Origin: an uncultured virus (IMG/VR IMGVR_UViG_3300028592_000009)
Lineage: Duplodnaviria; Heunggongvirae; Uroviricota; Caudoviricetes
DNA length: 64,000 bases
Strand: one strand, 5' to 3'
Virus record (IMG/VR): IMGVR_UViG_3300028592_000009
The notes under the pieces: generated by a model
What the model saw: only the letters and a program-made list of their open reading frames with translations
Database searches by the model: none
What the model was told of the DNA's origin: nothing
Part shown: positions 10,276 through 20,078 of the stretch, piece after piece
Layout of the letters: each line of letters opens with the position of its first letter
Position numbering within the stretch: the stretch's first letter is position 1
Program-made: the position numbers and the translations under genes

Positions 10276-10623
10276 ATGGCTGGCATGACGGCCCACCTCC
10301 TCAAGCAGAAGTGCGACATCTACAGGCGAGCTCAGGTCTCGGACGGACAGGGCGGGTACACCTACTCGTACGCGCTCGTCAAGGGACAGGTCCGCTGCAA
10401 GATCGACCAGGCCTCTGGGTCGGAGCGGATCGAGGCTCAGCAGGCTGGCGGCTCGATGACGCACAAGATCTACCTCGACCCGGACCAGAACATCCGGCGG
10501 GGCGACGAGATCCGCCAGGGTGACAAGTCCTGGCGGGTCGACCTCGTGTACGAGCCGAGCACTCCGAACGTCTACAGGCGTGCGGACTCCGAGCTGATCC
10601 AGTCGGAAGGGAACGATGTCTGA
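10276..10623 (+). CDS. head-to-tail stopper (SPP1 gp16-like)
   Basis: 'DGQGG', 'IRRGDEI' motifs and synteny. Confidence 0.75.
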   Translation: MAGMTAHLLKQKCDIYRRAQVSDGQGGYTYSYALVKGQVRCKIDQASGSERIEAQQAGGSMTHKIYLDPDQNIRRGDEIRQGDKSWRVDLVYEPSTPNVYRRADSELIQSEGNDV

Positions 10624-10970
10624 TGGGGATCAACGCACGCGGTCTCGGAGGCGCTCGTCGTCGCCTGAACCAGCTCGCTGACCGGATCGCCGGGGCGACG
10701 GAGCGGGCGATCGACGAGTTCGCCGACGAGGTCGTGGATCACATGCAGGGGCTTGTGCCCGTCGATACGGGCAAGCTCCGACGCTCCATCGAGAAGCAGA
10801 AGCAGGGCGACAAGGTAACCGTCGGACCGCGCGGCGTGGACTACGCCGAGTTCGTCGAGAACGGAACCAGCCGGACCCCGGCTCAGCCGTATGTCGCCCC
10901 CACGCTCCAGTGGGCACGTAGCGTCGGACCTCGACGGATCGCCAACAAGATCGAAGGGATCATCGAGTGA
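10623..10970 (+). CDS. HK97 gp10-like neck/tail completion protein
   Basis: 'PVDTGKLRRSI', 'YAEFVENGTSRTPAQPY'. Confidence 0.85.
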   Translation: MGINARGLGGARRRLNQLADRIAGATERAIDEFADEVVDHMQGLVPVDTGKLRRSIEKQKQGDKVTVGPRGVDYAEFVENGTSRTPAQPYVAPTLQWARSVGPRRIANKIEGIIE

Positions 10971-11374
10971 CGAACGCGCTCCTGCCCTTCAACGAGCTCC
11001 AGAGGGCGCTGTACGAAGCGCTGAACGGGAACATCTCGGCGGCTGTGTACGACGAGCCGCCCGAGAACATCAACAAGCCCTACGTCACCATCGGCGAGGC
11101 GACCGGAATTCCGGACAACTGGCACGGTGGATTCGGCTGGGACATCCTCACGACGCTCCATGTGTGGACGAAATCCAAGGGCTTCAAGAGCGCGCTCGTC
11201 GTCGCTCACGAGATCGTCGAGCTTCTCGATCATCAGATTGGATCGCTCGATATTTCCGGTTCGTGGTATGTGGTGTCGATAAGGCTCGAACAGGTTCAGA
11301 CCCTGCGCGACCCGGACCCCGAGATCCGCCACGTACCGGTACAATTCCGGATAGTCATTCACCAGGAGGTGTAA
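10967..11374 (+). CDS. tail terminator (DUF3168-like)
   Basis: 'VYDEPP...PYVTIGE', 'LHVW'; synteny. Confidence 0.8.
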   Translation: MTNALLPFNELQRALYEALNGNISAAVYDEPPENINKPYVTIGEATGIPDNWHGGFGWDILTTLHVWTKSKGFKSALVVAHEIVELLDHQIGSLDISGSWYVVSIRLEQVQTLRDPDPEIRHVPVQFRIVIHQEV

Positions 11375-11379
11375 GCACC

Positions 11380-11817
11380 ATGGCAGGACAGGACGCATGG
11401 GGTACCGCGTTCCGGCGGGACACCACGGGCCTCGGCGTGTTCGAGACCGTGGCGAACTGCACGGACATCTCGGGCCCGAGCCGGGAGCGCGAGGCCATCG
11501 AGGTCACCGCGCACGACTCGCCGGACCAGTACCGCGAGTTCGTCAAGGGTCTGAAGGACGGCGGCGAGGTCGAGCTCACGCTCAACTACGACCCGAACGT
11601 GCTGACCCACCAGCACCTCGACGACGACTTCGAGGAGCGGGACCTCCGCACCTACCAGGTCGTCATCTTCCCCGGCGAGCCGGAGGAGTGGACCTGGGAG
11701 TTCTCGGGGCTCATCACGAACCTCGGCGAGGAGTTCCCGCACGACGACAAGATGGAGCGGACCTGCACGGTCAAGATCTCCGGCAAGCCCACCTTCACCC
11801 ACACCGCTGGCAGCTGA
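11380..11817 (+). CDS. major tail tube protein
   Basis: 'IEVTAHDSPDQYREFVKGLKDGGEV', 'KISGKP' lambda-like tube motifs; AGGAGG RBS. Confidence 0.88.
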   Translation: MAGQDAWGTAFRRDTTGLGVFETVANCTDISGPSREREAIEVTAHDSPDQYREFVKGLKDGGEVELTLNYDPNVLTHQHLDDDFEERDLRTYQVVIFPGEPEEWTWEFSGLITNLGEEFPHDDKMERTCTVKISGKPTFTHTAGS

Positions 11818-11830
11818 GGAAGTACGCATC

Positions 11831-12244
11831 ATGGCTCTGATCACCACCAAGGCGCAGGTCGCCGCCGTCGTCGACCGCAAGTGGGAGGACGTCCCCGTTC
11901 CCGAGTGGAACGGCGAGGTCCGTCTCATGGAGCTGTCGTCCGCCGATCGCGGATACATCGAGGCCGGTTCGGTCGTCGCCCAGGGGCAGGGCCCGCAGTT
12001 CCGCGTCGACTCGCTGAAGACGTACCGCGAGAAGCTCGTCGGCATGGCGATGGTCGACGAGAACTTCCAGCGGATCTACTCCAACAAGGACATCGCCGCC
12101 GGTGAGCTCGGCAGCAAGTCGGGCGCGGTCATCGAGCGCCTGGCCGCCAAGGTCCAGGAGCTCTCGGGCATGGGCAAGTTCGCCGTTAAGGAAGCGGAGG
12201 GAAACTCCGACGCCGCCCCGAGCGACGATTCCGCTTCCGCCTAG
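11831..12244 (+). CDS. tail assembly chaperone (G)
   Basis: Between tube and tape measure; ends just after slippery GGGAAAC. Confidence 0.85.
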   Translation: MALITTKAQVAAVVDRKWEDVPVPEWNGEVRLMELSSADRGYIEAGSVVAQGQGPQFRVDSLKTYREKLVGMAMVDENFQRIYSNKDIAAGELGSKSGAVIERLAAKVQELSGMGKFAVKEAEGNSDAAPSDDSASA

Positions 12245-12549
12245 CAGAGCACCTCGGGATGACCGTGGCCGACCTGGATTCCCGGTTGGGTTCGGCCGAG
12301 CTTACCGAGTGGATGGCATATGAGAATATGACCGGTCCACTCGGTAGGCGTCGGCAGGACATCCAGGCGGCCACAATTGCGGCGACCATCGCAAACGCCA
12401 ACCGGGGCAAGAAGGGCAAGAAGGCGAAGATCGCAGACTTTCTCGTTCCATATGGAAAGCAGGCGAGCACGCCGCAGCAGATGTTCGAGAAGATCCGGGC
12501 CATCAACAAAGCAATGGGAGGTGTAGAGCATGGCGGACGTGACGATTGA
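11831..12549 (+). CDS. tail assembly chaperone G-T fusion via -1 programmed frameshift
   Basis: G GGA AAC at 12199-12205; the -1 frame is open and continues GKLRRRPERRFRFRLAEHLGMTVADL...ELTEWMAYE to the stop at 12549. Confidence 0.85.
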
Positions 12550-14602
12550 GATCGATGCCGACCTCGGTGCCACGTCGTCCACCATCGACCAGGCGACTGA
12601 GAGCCTCGACGATCTCGGCAACGCGGCTACTACCGCCGGTTCCGATCTGGACGCGGCAGGACAGGACGCTCAGAACAGCGGCGATCGAATGGCCGCGATG
12701 GGCGTCGCCGCCGTCGGAGCGTCTGCTGCGCTGGCTGACGTGGGCGCCATCGCACAGCAGGCGTCCGACATCTGGAACATGGCCGAGGTCCGAGCCGACG
12801 CGCTCGCCCAGGCACAGCTCAATGTCGACCAGGCTTCTGCCGATATGGCTCAGTCTCAGATCGACGCCAAGCAGGCGACGGTCGACCTGGAGCAGTCTCA
12901 GATCGATGCAGAGCAGGCGACTGCTGACCTGTCGCAGTCCTCTCTCGACCTTAAGCAGGCCGTGCTCGACGTCAACCAGGCTCAGCGAGACGGGACGCAG
13001 GCCGCCCTCGACGTTGAGCAGGCGATGCTCGACCAGGAGAAGGCGCAGAAGGCGTACAACGAGGCGGTCGCCAAGTTCGGCGCCAACTCGCTGGAGGCCA
13101 AGCAGGCGACCCTCGACCTGAAGCAGGCCGATCAGGACATCGTCCAGGCGAAGGCTGACGCAGAGCAGGCGACACTCGATCTCGCCCAGGCCGAGCAGGA
13201 CTCCAAGCAGGCGACGATCGACGGCAAGCAGGCGACCCTCGACGGGACGCAGGCCCGGCTCGATGGCGAGCAGGCGACTGCCGACCTGACCCAGGCGAAC
13301 CTGGACGGCAAGCAGGCTCAGCTGGACTACAACGAAGCCCAGCGCAACATGGTCGGCCCCGAGGTGATGAACAGCTGGGTCGGCATGGCGTCGTCGGTGG
13401 CGTCTGCCATCTTCGGCCTCGTCGGCACGTTCGCGATCCTCGGTGGCGGCATGCTCACCACCGCTACGACCGCTATCACCACCGCCGCCACCACCGTAGG
13501 CGCCTGGGTGACGGCGGCAGCCACCTGGGTCACAACGGTCGTTACGTCGGCGGCTACGGCCGTTACGAGCTGGGTCACGGGCATGATCACGATGGCGACC
13601 TCGGCCGTCACCAGCGCGACGACCGCCGTGACCTCCTGGCTCACGGCCGCTGGAACCTGGCTCGCCTCCATGGCGGGCATCGCAGCCGGTGCCGTCGCGA
13701 GCGCTGCCACCACCGTCGCCACGTGGGTTGCCGCTGCTGCAACCTGGGTTGCTTCGATGGCTGCTGCAGCCGTCTCAGCCGTCGCCTCTGCAACTGCCAC
13801 TGCAGCCGCATGGGTTGCCGCCTGGATCACGATGGCTGCACAGGCGACGATGAACGCGCTCCGAATGGCCGCCGCCTGGATCATCGCTATGGGTCCGATC
13901 GCGCTCGTGATTGCGGCCGTCGTCGGCCTGGTCGTGCTCATCATCAAGAACTGGGACACGATCAAGAACTACACGATCAAGGCATTCCAGGCTGCATGGG
14001 ACTTCCTCAAGAAGATGTGGGAGGGCGTCAAGTGGCTGATCGGCAAGGCGATCGACGGCATCAAGTACATCTTCCTCAACTTCACCCCGCTCGGTCTCAT
14101 CATCAAGAACTGGGGCGGCATCACCAAGTGGATTACTGACCTCTGGAACAACGTCGTCGACAAGATCTCCGGTGCGATCAATCGCATCAAGGGATTCTTC
14201 AAGGGCATGTGGGACGGCATCGTCAACGGGCTGAAGAGCGCGCTGAACGGAATCATCGACACGCTCAATGGCGGCATTTATGGAATCAACGTGCTCATCA
14301 GCGGCGCGAATTCCATTCCGGGCGTCAACATCCCGCAGATCCCCTACATCCCCTTCCTGGCGAGCGGTGGTATCACCACCGGTCCCACGATGGCGATGAT
14401 CGGTGAGGGCGCCGAGCAGGAGGCCGTCCTTCCGCTCAGCAAGCTCCAGGGTCTGATTGACATGAACCGGGGCGGAGGCTCCGGCATGCAGGTCTCGTTC
14501 GCTCCTGGTGGCGGAGACCTGTTCATGGAATGGCTGATGGAAACCATCCGCATCAAGTTCGGTGGAGACGTGAACCGACTCGGAACGGAGAGCGCGCGAT
14601 GA
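12530..14602 (+). CDS. tape measure protein
   Basis: 690 aa, Ala-rich, Trp-spaced repeats, C-terminal 'LASGG...GPTMAMIGEG...EAVLPL'. Confidence 0.9.
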   Translation: MADVTIEIDADLGATSSTIDQATESLDDLGNAATTAGSDLDAAGQDAQNSGDRMAAMGVAAVGASAALADVGAIAQQASDIWNMAEVRADALAQAQLNVDQASADMAQSQIDAKQATVDLEQSQIDAEQATADLSQSSLDLKQAVLDVNQAQRDGTQAALDVEQAMLDQEKAQKAYNEAVAKFGANSLEAKQATLDLKQADQDIVQAKADAEQATLDLAQAEQDSKQATIDGKQATLDGTQARLDGEQATADLTQANLDGKQAQLDYNEAQRNMVGPEVMNSWVGMASSVASAIFGLVGTFAILGGGMLTTATTAITTAATTVGAWVTAAATWVTTVVTSAATAVTSWVTGMITMATSAVTSATTAVTSWLTAAGTWLASMAGIAAGAVASAATTVATWVAAAATWVASMAAAAVSAVASATATAAAWVAAWITMAAQATMNALRMAAAWIIAMGPIALVIAAVVGLVVLIIKNWDTIKNYTIKAFQAAWDFLKKMWEGVKWLIGKAIDGIKYIFLNFTPLGLIIKNWGGITKWITDLWNNVVDKISGAINRIKGFFKGMWDGIVNGLKSALNGIIDTLNGGIYGINVLISGANSIPGVNIPQIPYIPFLASGGITTGPTMAMIGEGAEQEAVLPLSKLQGLIDMNRGGGSGMQVSFAPGGGDLFMEWLMETIRIKFGGDVNRLGTESAR

Positions 14603-17600
14603 GCCTGCCTCCCCAGCGCAAGACAGAGCTGTTCTACAACGGCGTGTGGAACGACATCACGGGCGACATGCGCGACACGTCCGCCCTGACCATCACGCGC
14701 GGGCGCAACTCGGAGAGCACCAGGGCCGATCCGAGCGCTGCTTCCGCCGTGGTGGACAACCGAAACGGCACGTACAGCCCGCGCGACCCGCTCAGCCCGC
14801 TGTACGGCCTCATCGGGCGGAACACCCCGATCCGCCACTCCGTGTTCGCCGGGGGCGCCTGGCTCAAGCTCGCAGGCGGCACGGAGGCGTTCACGACGCC
14901 TGACAACGCCGCGCAGGACATCACCACCGACATCGACGTTCGAGTCGAGCTCGCGCCGACCGACTGGGTGCACGCCTACGAGATCGCTGGCAAGTACGCC
15001 ATCTCGGGCAACAACAGGTCCTGGGGCCTTCTCCTCACGGCCGAAGGCAAGATCCTGTTCATGTGGTCGCCGGATGGAACCCTAGCGGCACGCATCGCCA
15101 CGGCCTCCACGATTCCGGTCCCCGCCTACAACGGTCAGCGCGTCGCGATCCGTGCGACGCTCGACGTGAACAACGGTGCTGGTGGTAACACCTCCACGTT
15201 CTACTACTCGAACTCGATCGACGGCGTCTGGCGACAGCTGGGTGAGCCGACCGTACTGACCGGCACGACCTCTGTGTTCAACGGCAACGCTCAGCTGGAG
15301 GTCGGCTCGCTCACCGACCTGTCTGACTCATCCCTGGTCGGTAACATCTACAAGTTCCAGCTCTGGAACGGGATCGACGGCGTCAACACGGTCGACCTGG
15401 ACTTCTCCGTGGCCGATCCGGGCGACACCACTGTCACCGACAACACGGGCTTCCTCTGGACCGCTCGCAGCACGGCTGAGCTCTCCAACGAGCACGTTCG
15501 TCTGGAGGGCGAGGTGCCCGCTTGGCCGCCGGAGCGCGACCTGTCAGGCAACGACCGGTTCTCCTCGATCTCGCCGACTGGCATCATGCGTCGGCTGGAC
15601 GCGGGCGTGAAGCCGATCGACAGCGCCCTGCTTCGTTTCATCAAGGCCAACAACCCGACCGAGTGCTGGCCGATGACCGATGGCGTCTCCTCTGTCGGTG
15701 CGACCTCCATCGTGCCTGGTGGTCGCACCATGACGCAGGTCCTCAGCTTCGGCAGCAACAGGATCCAGTGGACCAAGGGGGAGATCGCCGACTGGATCGA
15801 GCCGGTCGCCCTGGCGCCCACGAACTCGGACGGCGTGCTGATCAGCAACCGAGTCGCCACATCCGGAGTCGTAGACGACACATACATCGACATCGTTCGG
15901 AACGGCGTCGGAGACGGCGACTACATCATCCTGACCGACACGGGCGCTGGGCAGGCAGGTTCTCCGCGAGTCAGTCTGCGGATGGACTTCGTCCCTGGGT
16001 CCGACCAGGTCACGGTCACGGTCACGTACAGGGAGATGGAGACTAGCAGCGTATCCCTCCTGCTCAGCGTGACCAGCGCCGGTATTTTCGACGACCAGCC
16101 GCACCACATCCGCCTTCAGACCGGTCGAAGGGCGGTCGATCTCCCGACCTATCTCTACATCGACGGAGTTCTCCGCGACAGCGACCCGATCGGTTCCGGG
16201 GGCGGACCCATCGGCAACATCAAGGAGGTCCGATACGGCTGGGACATGGACGGAGTCACAAGCAATCCCCAGTCGTTCGGATACCTGACGCTGTGGGAGC
16301 ACCCCGACCTTCTGGACCCGGGTCCTCCGACCGCAGACGAGATGTACCAGGCCATGATGGGGTTCCCCGGAGAGCGTGCCGGAGAGCGTGCCCTGCGAGT
16401 CGCCACGGAAGCCGGTGCCACTCTGTCGGTTGCAGGCATCAGCGAGATCGAGACTCGTATGGGCTCGCAGGGTCGCGAGAAGCTGATGGACGCCCTGGAC
16501 TCCTGCGCCAAGTCGGACGTCGGCTTCCTCGGAGAGCGGCGGGACGCGCGTGAGCTGATCTTCCAGAGCCATGGCGTCATCTACAATCAGGCTCCGATCC
16601 TCACGCTGGACTTCTCTGCTGGCGTGATCAGCGCGCCGTTCAAGCCGATCGATGACGACCGCTACACCGAGAACGACGTCACGGTCCAGCGCGAGCGCGG
16701 CGGCTTCGGCGTCGGCATCCTCGAAGAGGGTGCAATGTCGATCCAGGAGTTCCCGAACGGAGTTGGTCGATACGACTCCAGCTACACTCGCAACCTTGAG
16801 GACGACGAGCAGCCCGAGCAGTTGGCCAACTGGCTGATGGCGCTGGGCACGTTCAACGGTCTGCGCTACAAGCAGATCACTCTGGACCTCGGCAATCCTC
16901 GGGTCTACGAGATGGTGGACGACATCCTTCGCCTGGACGTCGGAGACCTGATCCGCATCACCAACCTGCCCGACGCATACGGCCCGGACGACGTCGACCT
17001 CCTGATCCAGGGGTACACCGAGGAGATCGGACCGAGCGCCTGGAAGATCACCTTCACCTGCTCGCCTGGAGAGCCCTGGGCAACCGGCTTCCTCGACGGC
17101 GGCTTCAAGCTCGGCAGCACCGTGTCGAAGCTCGCTGGTGCAGTCACGGACACGGCCACCAACATGGACGTCGAGGTGCCCGTCAACGCCGCCCGCTGGG
17201 CCGACTCGGCCACGTATCCAAACGACTTCCCGTCGTTGTTCAAGGTCGGTGGTGAGACTGTCCAGGCGACTGCCTGCATCTCCTTCCTGAAGGACGCCTT
17301 CGGTCGCACCGTGGCGAACGGATGGGGAACCTCCGACTCGAACAAGGTCTGGTCCACTGGCGGCGGTGTCGCGGGTGACTACGCTGTCGGGTCCGGATAC
17401 GGTTCGCACACGCTGTCCTCTGTGGCGGTCTCGCGACGAACCTTCGTGGACTACGTCGCGACTGACTTCGATGCGACGGTCGGGATCGCCGTGTCGGCCA
17501 CCGCAACCGGGGCCGCTCTGACCGGAGGACTCACCGCCCGGTACAGCAGCGGCGACAACCTGTATCACGCCCGGCTGATCTTCAACACTTCGGGATCGCT

Positions 17601-17997
17601 GCAGCTTGACATCCGCAAGCGAGTGGCGGCAGTCGAGTCGGCTGTTGGGTCGACCTTCACGCCGGGCATCACGTATGTAGCCGGTACGTTCTACAACCTT
17701 CGATTCCAGGTCGAGGGAACGAGCCTCCGGGCGAAGGTTTGGCGGACCACCGTGGCTGAGCCCGGCGCCTGGCACATCGACGCCACCGACAGCAGCCTGA
17801 CCACCTCTCCGCTCGCCGGTGTCCGATCCATCTCGGTCACGGGCAACACCAACGTCAATCCTCAGGTTCGATATGACAACTTGGACCTGAACAACGTCCA
17901 GAGCTTCACCGTCGTTCGTAGCGTGAACGGTATCGTGAAGGCTCATGCAGACGACGAGCCGATCGATCTCGTCAAGCCGATCTACGTCTCTCTGTAA
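14599..17997 (+). CDS. large minor tail protein (baseplate/hub with lectin-like domains)
   Basis: ~1130 aa after TMP; 'WNDITGD...ITRGR', 'NRNGTYSPRDPLSPLYG', beta-rich domains. Confidence 0.85.
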   Translation: MSLPPQRKTELFYNGVWNDITGDMRDTSALTITRGRNSESTRADPSAASAVVDNRNGTYSPRDPLSPLYGLIGRNTPIRHSVFAGGAWLKLAGGTEAFTTPDNAAQDITTDIDVRVELAPTDWVHAYEIAGKYAISGNNRSWGLLLTAEGKILFMWSPDGTLAARIATASTIPVPAYNGQRVAIRATLDVNNGAGGNTSTFYYSNSIDGVWRQLGEPTVLTGTTSVFNGNAQLEVGSLTDLSDSSLVGNIYKFQLWNGIDGVNTVDLDFSVADPGDTTVTDNTGFLWTARSTAELSNEHVRLEGEVPAWPPERDLSGNDRFSSISPTGIMRRLDAGVKPIDSALLRFIKANNPTECWPMTDGVSSVGATSIVPGGRTMTQVLSFGSNRIQWTKGEIADWIEPVALAPTNSDGVLISNRVATSGVVDDTYIDIVRNGVGDGDYIILTDTGAGQAGSPRVSLRMDFVPGSDQVTVTVTYREMETSSVSLLLSVTSAGIFDDQPHHIRLQTGRRAVDLPTYLYIDGVLRDSDPIGSGGGPIGNIKEVRYGWDMDGVTSNPQSFGYLTLWEHPDLLDPGPPTADEMYQAMMGFPGERAGERALRVATEAGATLSVAGISEIETRMGSQGREKLMDALDSCAKSDVGFLGERRDARELIFQSHGVIYNQAPILTLDFSAGVISAPFKPIDDDRYTENDVTVQRERGGFGVGILEEGAMSIQEFPNGVGRYDSSYTRNLEDDEQPEQLANWLMALGTFNGLRYKQITLDLGNPRVYEMVDDILRLDVGDLIRITNLPDAYGPDDVDLLIQGYTEEIGPSAWKITFTCSPGEPWATGFLDGGFKLGSTVSKLAGAVTDTATNMDVEVPVNAARWADSATYPNDFPSLFKVGGETVQATACISFLKDAFGRTVANGWGTSDSNKVWSTGGGVAGDYAVGSGYGSHTLSSVAVSRRTFVDYVATDFDATVGIAVSATATGAALTGGLTARYSSGDNLYHARLIFNTSGSLQLDIRKRVAAVESAVGSTFTPGITYVAGTFYNLRFQVEGTSLRAKVWRTTVAEPGAWHIDATDSSLTTSPLAGVRSISVTGNTNVNPQVRYDNLDLNNVQSFTVVRSVNGIVKAHADDEPIDLVKPIYVSL

Positions 17998-18006
17998 GGA
18001 GCTGTC

Positions 18007-18450
18007 GTGCCCTACGTTCCGTTTCTGGCCGGTCGGGAACTCACCGCCGACCTGCTCAATACGCGCCTGATCGAGGAGGTCATGGGCTGGACTCCGATCG
18101 ACGACATCGGCAACTACGCGGCGGGATTCTCTGCTGGTGGTGACACGCCTCGCATGCGCAAGGTGAAGATCCTCGGTGTCGAGCGATGGGAGTATGCCGG
18201 TCGCATCAACTGTGTTGCTGGCACGATCGTCGCCAACGTCAACACGACGGTGTTCACGTTCGACGTTGGCTTCCGGCCGACCACCGAGCGCGGCTGGCCT
18301 CTGATCGGCTCCAACACCTTGTTCTACAACCTGCGCAACACGATCAGCAGCGCGGGCGTCTGGCAGGCCGGTCTTCCGACCGCTGCCGGAAACAACTGCA
18401 CCGGCATCTACCTTGAGGGTGCCTACATCGAGAATCCGCTCGGCGTGTAA
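18007..18450 (+). CDS. minor tail protein
   Basis: 'FLAGRELTADLLN' N-terminus; C-terminal 'GFRP' receptor-binding-like domain. Confidence 0.7.
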   Translation: MPYVPFLAGRELTADLLNTRLIEEVMGWTPIDDIGNYAAGFSAGGDTPRMRKVKILGVERWEYAGRINCVAGTIVANVNTTVFTFDVGFRPTTERGWPLIGSNTLFYNLRNTISSAGVWQAGLPTAAGNNCTGIYLEGAYIENPLGV

Positions 18451-18557
18451 CAAGATCTAGCGCACGTAGTCCTGCCCACGCGTAGCCACGGAAAGGGGTA
18501 AAATCAGTGAACGGGGATTTCCGAACGCTGATGGCGCATACCAACACGGAGGCTGGA

Positions 18558-18767
18558 GTGTCTATTCCCGACCCGGAGGGCGGGCCTCTCGAGAGGCTGG
18601 CTCGTATCGAAACGAAGGTGGACATGCTCCTGGAGCGAGCCCAGGAGGATCGCAACGACTTCCGAGGCAGACTGCGCGCGCTGGAGCGCTGGAGGTACGG
18701 GACCGGGGCTGCCGTTCTGATGGCTCTGGCTCCGATCCTCTCAAGCTCCCTCCCCAAGGGGTCGTAA
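18558..18767 (+). CDS. small coiled-coil + TM protein (lysis-associated)
   Basis: 'LARIETKVD...RLRALERWRY' plus hydrophobic tail just before the endolysin; start uncertain. Confidence 0.55.
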   Translation: MSIPDPEGGPLERLARIETKVDMLLERAQEDRNDFRGRLRALERWRYGTGAAVLMALAPILSSSLPKGS

Positions 18768-18903
18768 GAGGCCCTACGTGGCCGCGTAACGGCCTGCGCC
18801 GACAGCCTGAGGCCCGCGTACCGACCCGCCTTCCCGGGGCCGTTACGCGGGCCTCTACGGCTTTTCACGTAAGATAGACCTCAACCAGAGGAGGAACTCA
18901 CCC

Positions 18904-19830
18904 ATGGCAACACCGATCGCACCCGACAGGCTCGTCGAGATCCTGCGGGCGGAGGGCCTGAAGGTCGTCGAGACCAAGGGCTGGAAGACGCACGAGCGAG
19001 ACGACGAGACCGGCAAGGCGTTCGGTCCGGTCCACGGCATCATGATCCACCACACCGTGACCAAGGGCACCGCCAACACGGTCCGCATCTGCAAGGACGG
19101 GTACGCGTCTCTGCCAGGACCGCTGTGCCACGGCGTCATCGCGAAGAACGGCACCATCCACCTGATCTCCGCCGGTCGAGCCAACCACGCGGGCACGGGC
19201 GACCCGGACGTCCTCGCCGCCGTCAAGGCCGAGTCCTACGGCGACAAGCCGCCCACCACCGACGTGCACGACGGCGAGTCCGGGGTCGACGGCAACGACG
19301 CCTTCTACGGCTTCGAGTGCGAGAACCTCGGCGACGGCGAGGACCCCTGGCCCGCTGAGCAGCTCGACGCGATCGAGAAGGCTTCGGCCGCGATCTGCCG
19401 CGAGCTCGACTGGAAGGCCAAGTCCGTGATCGGCCACCTGGAGTGGTCGGACTGGAAGAGCGACCCCAAGGGCTTCTCCATGGTCACCATGCGAGCCCGC
19501 ATCGACAAGCGACTCGAAGGCGACAAGCCCGAGGCTCCCAAGCCGCCGGTCGAGCAGCCCAAGCCTCCGGCCAAGCCGAAGTACCAGCCGTTCCCCGGGG
19601 CTGCGTTCTTCAAGAGCCAGCCCAACAGCCCCATCATCACGGAGATGGGCAAGCGTCTGGTCGCGATGGGCTGCGGTCGGTACAACGTCGGCCCCGGTCC
19701 CCGCTGGTCCGAGGCCGACCGCCGCTCCTACCAGAAGTGGCAGCGCAAGTGCGGATGGCTCGGACAGGCCGCCGACGGCTGGCCGGGCAAGGACTCGTGG
19801 GACCGCCTGAAGGTCCCGTTCGTCAAGTAA
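18904..19830 (+). CDS. endolysin, N-acetylmuramoyl-L-alanine amidase with C-terminal peptidoglycan-binding domain
   Basis: IHHT, GRANHAG, GFECEN, IGHLEW..KSDP; Pro/Lys linker; 'ADGWPGKDSWDRL'. Confidence 0.92.
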   Translation: MATPIAPDRLVEILRAEGLKVVETKGWKTHERDDETGKAFGPVHGIMIHHTVTKGTANTVRICKDGYASLPGPLCHGVIAKNGTIHLISAGRANHAGTGDPDVLAAVKAESYGDKPPTTDVHDGESGVDGNDAFYGFECENLGDGEDPWPAEQLDAIEKASAAICRELDWKAKSVIGHLEWSDWKSDPKGFSMVTMRARIDKRLEGDKPEAPKPPVEQPKPPAKPKYQPFPGAAFFKSQPNSPIITEMGKRLVAMGCGRYNVGPGPRWSEADRRSYQKWQRKCGWLGQAADGWPGKDSWDRLKVPFVK

Positions 19831-19840
19831 GGAGAGCTGC

Positions 19841-20068
19841 ATGACGCTCAGCAAGGCCAACAAGCAGACGATCAGAACGGTCGTCCAGGCCGCCATCGGC
19901 ATCGCCGTCGCCCTGCCCGGGATCGTCGACGCGACCGGCCTGGACGAGACGACCCCCTGGGTCGCGGCCGGACTGGCGGCCTCGGCCACGGTCACTCGCC
20001 TCATGGCGATCCCGCAGGTCCAGAAGTTCCTCTGGTTCCTCAACACCGAGGACGACGCACAGAAGTAG
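19841..20068 (+). CDS. holin
   Basis: 75 aa with two hydrophobic segments, directly after the endolysin. Confidence 0.75.
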   Translation: MTLSKANKQTIRTVVQAAIGIAVALPGIVDATGLDETTPWVAAGLAASATVTRLMAIPQVQKFLWFLNTEDDAQK

Positions 20069-20078
20069 GAGTTCCAGC

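Noticed and set aside
15544..18453. 969-aa minus-strand ORF, and similar long antisense ORFs at 25023-27944, 32653-36090, 45378-47339 and 20040-21911
   Set aside because: Shadow frames opposite well-supported genes; expected in high-GC DNA with strong GC3 bias; no motifs or RBS
75..18504. Late promoter motif GGGG-TANNAT at ~76-85, ~8472-8481 and ~18495-18504
   Set aside because: Only three short matches with no consistent -35; too weak to call without TSS data
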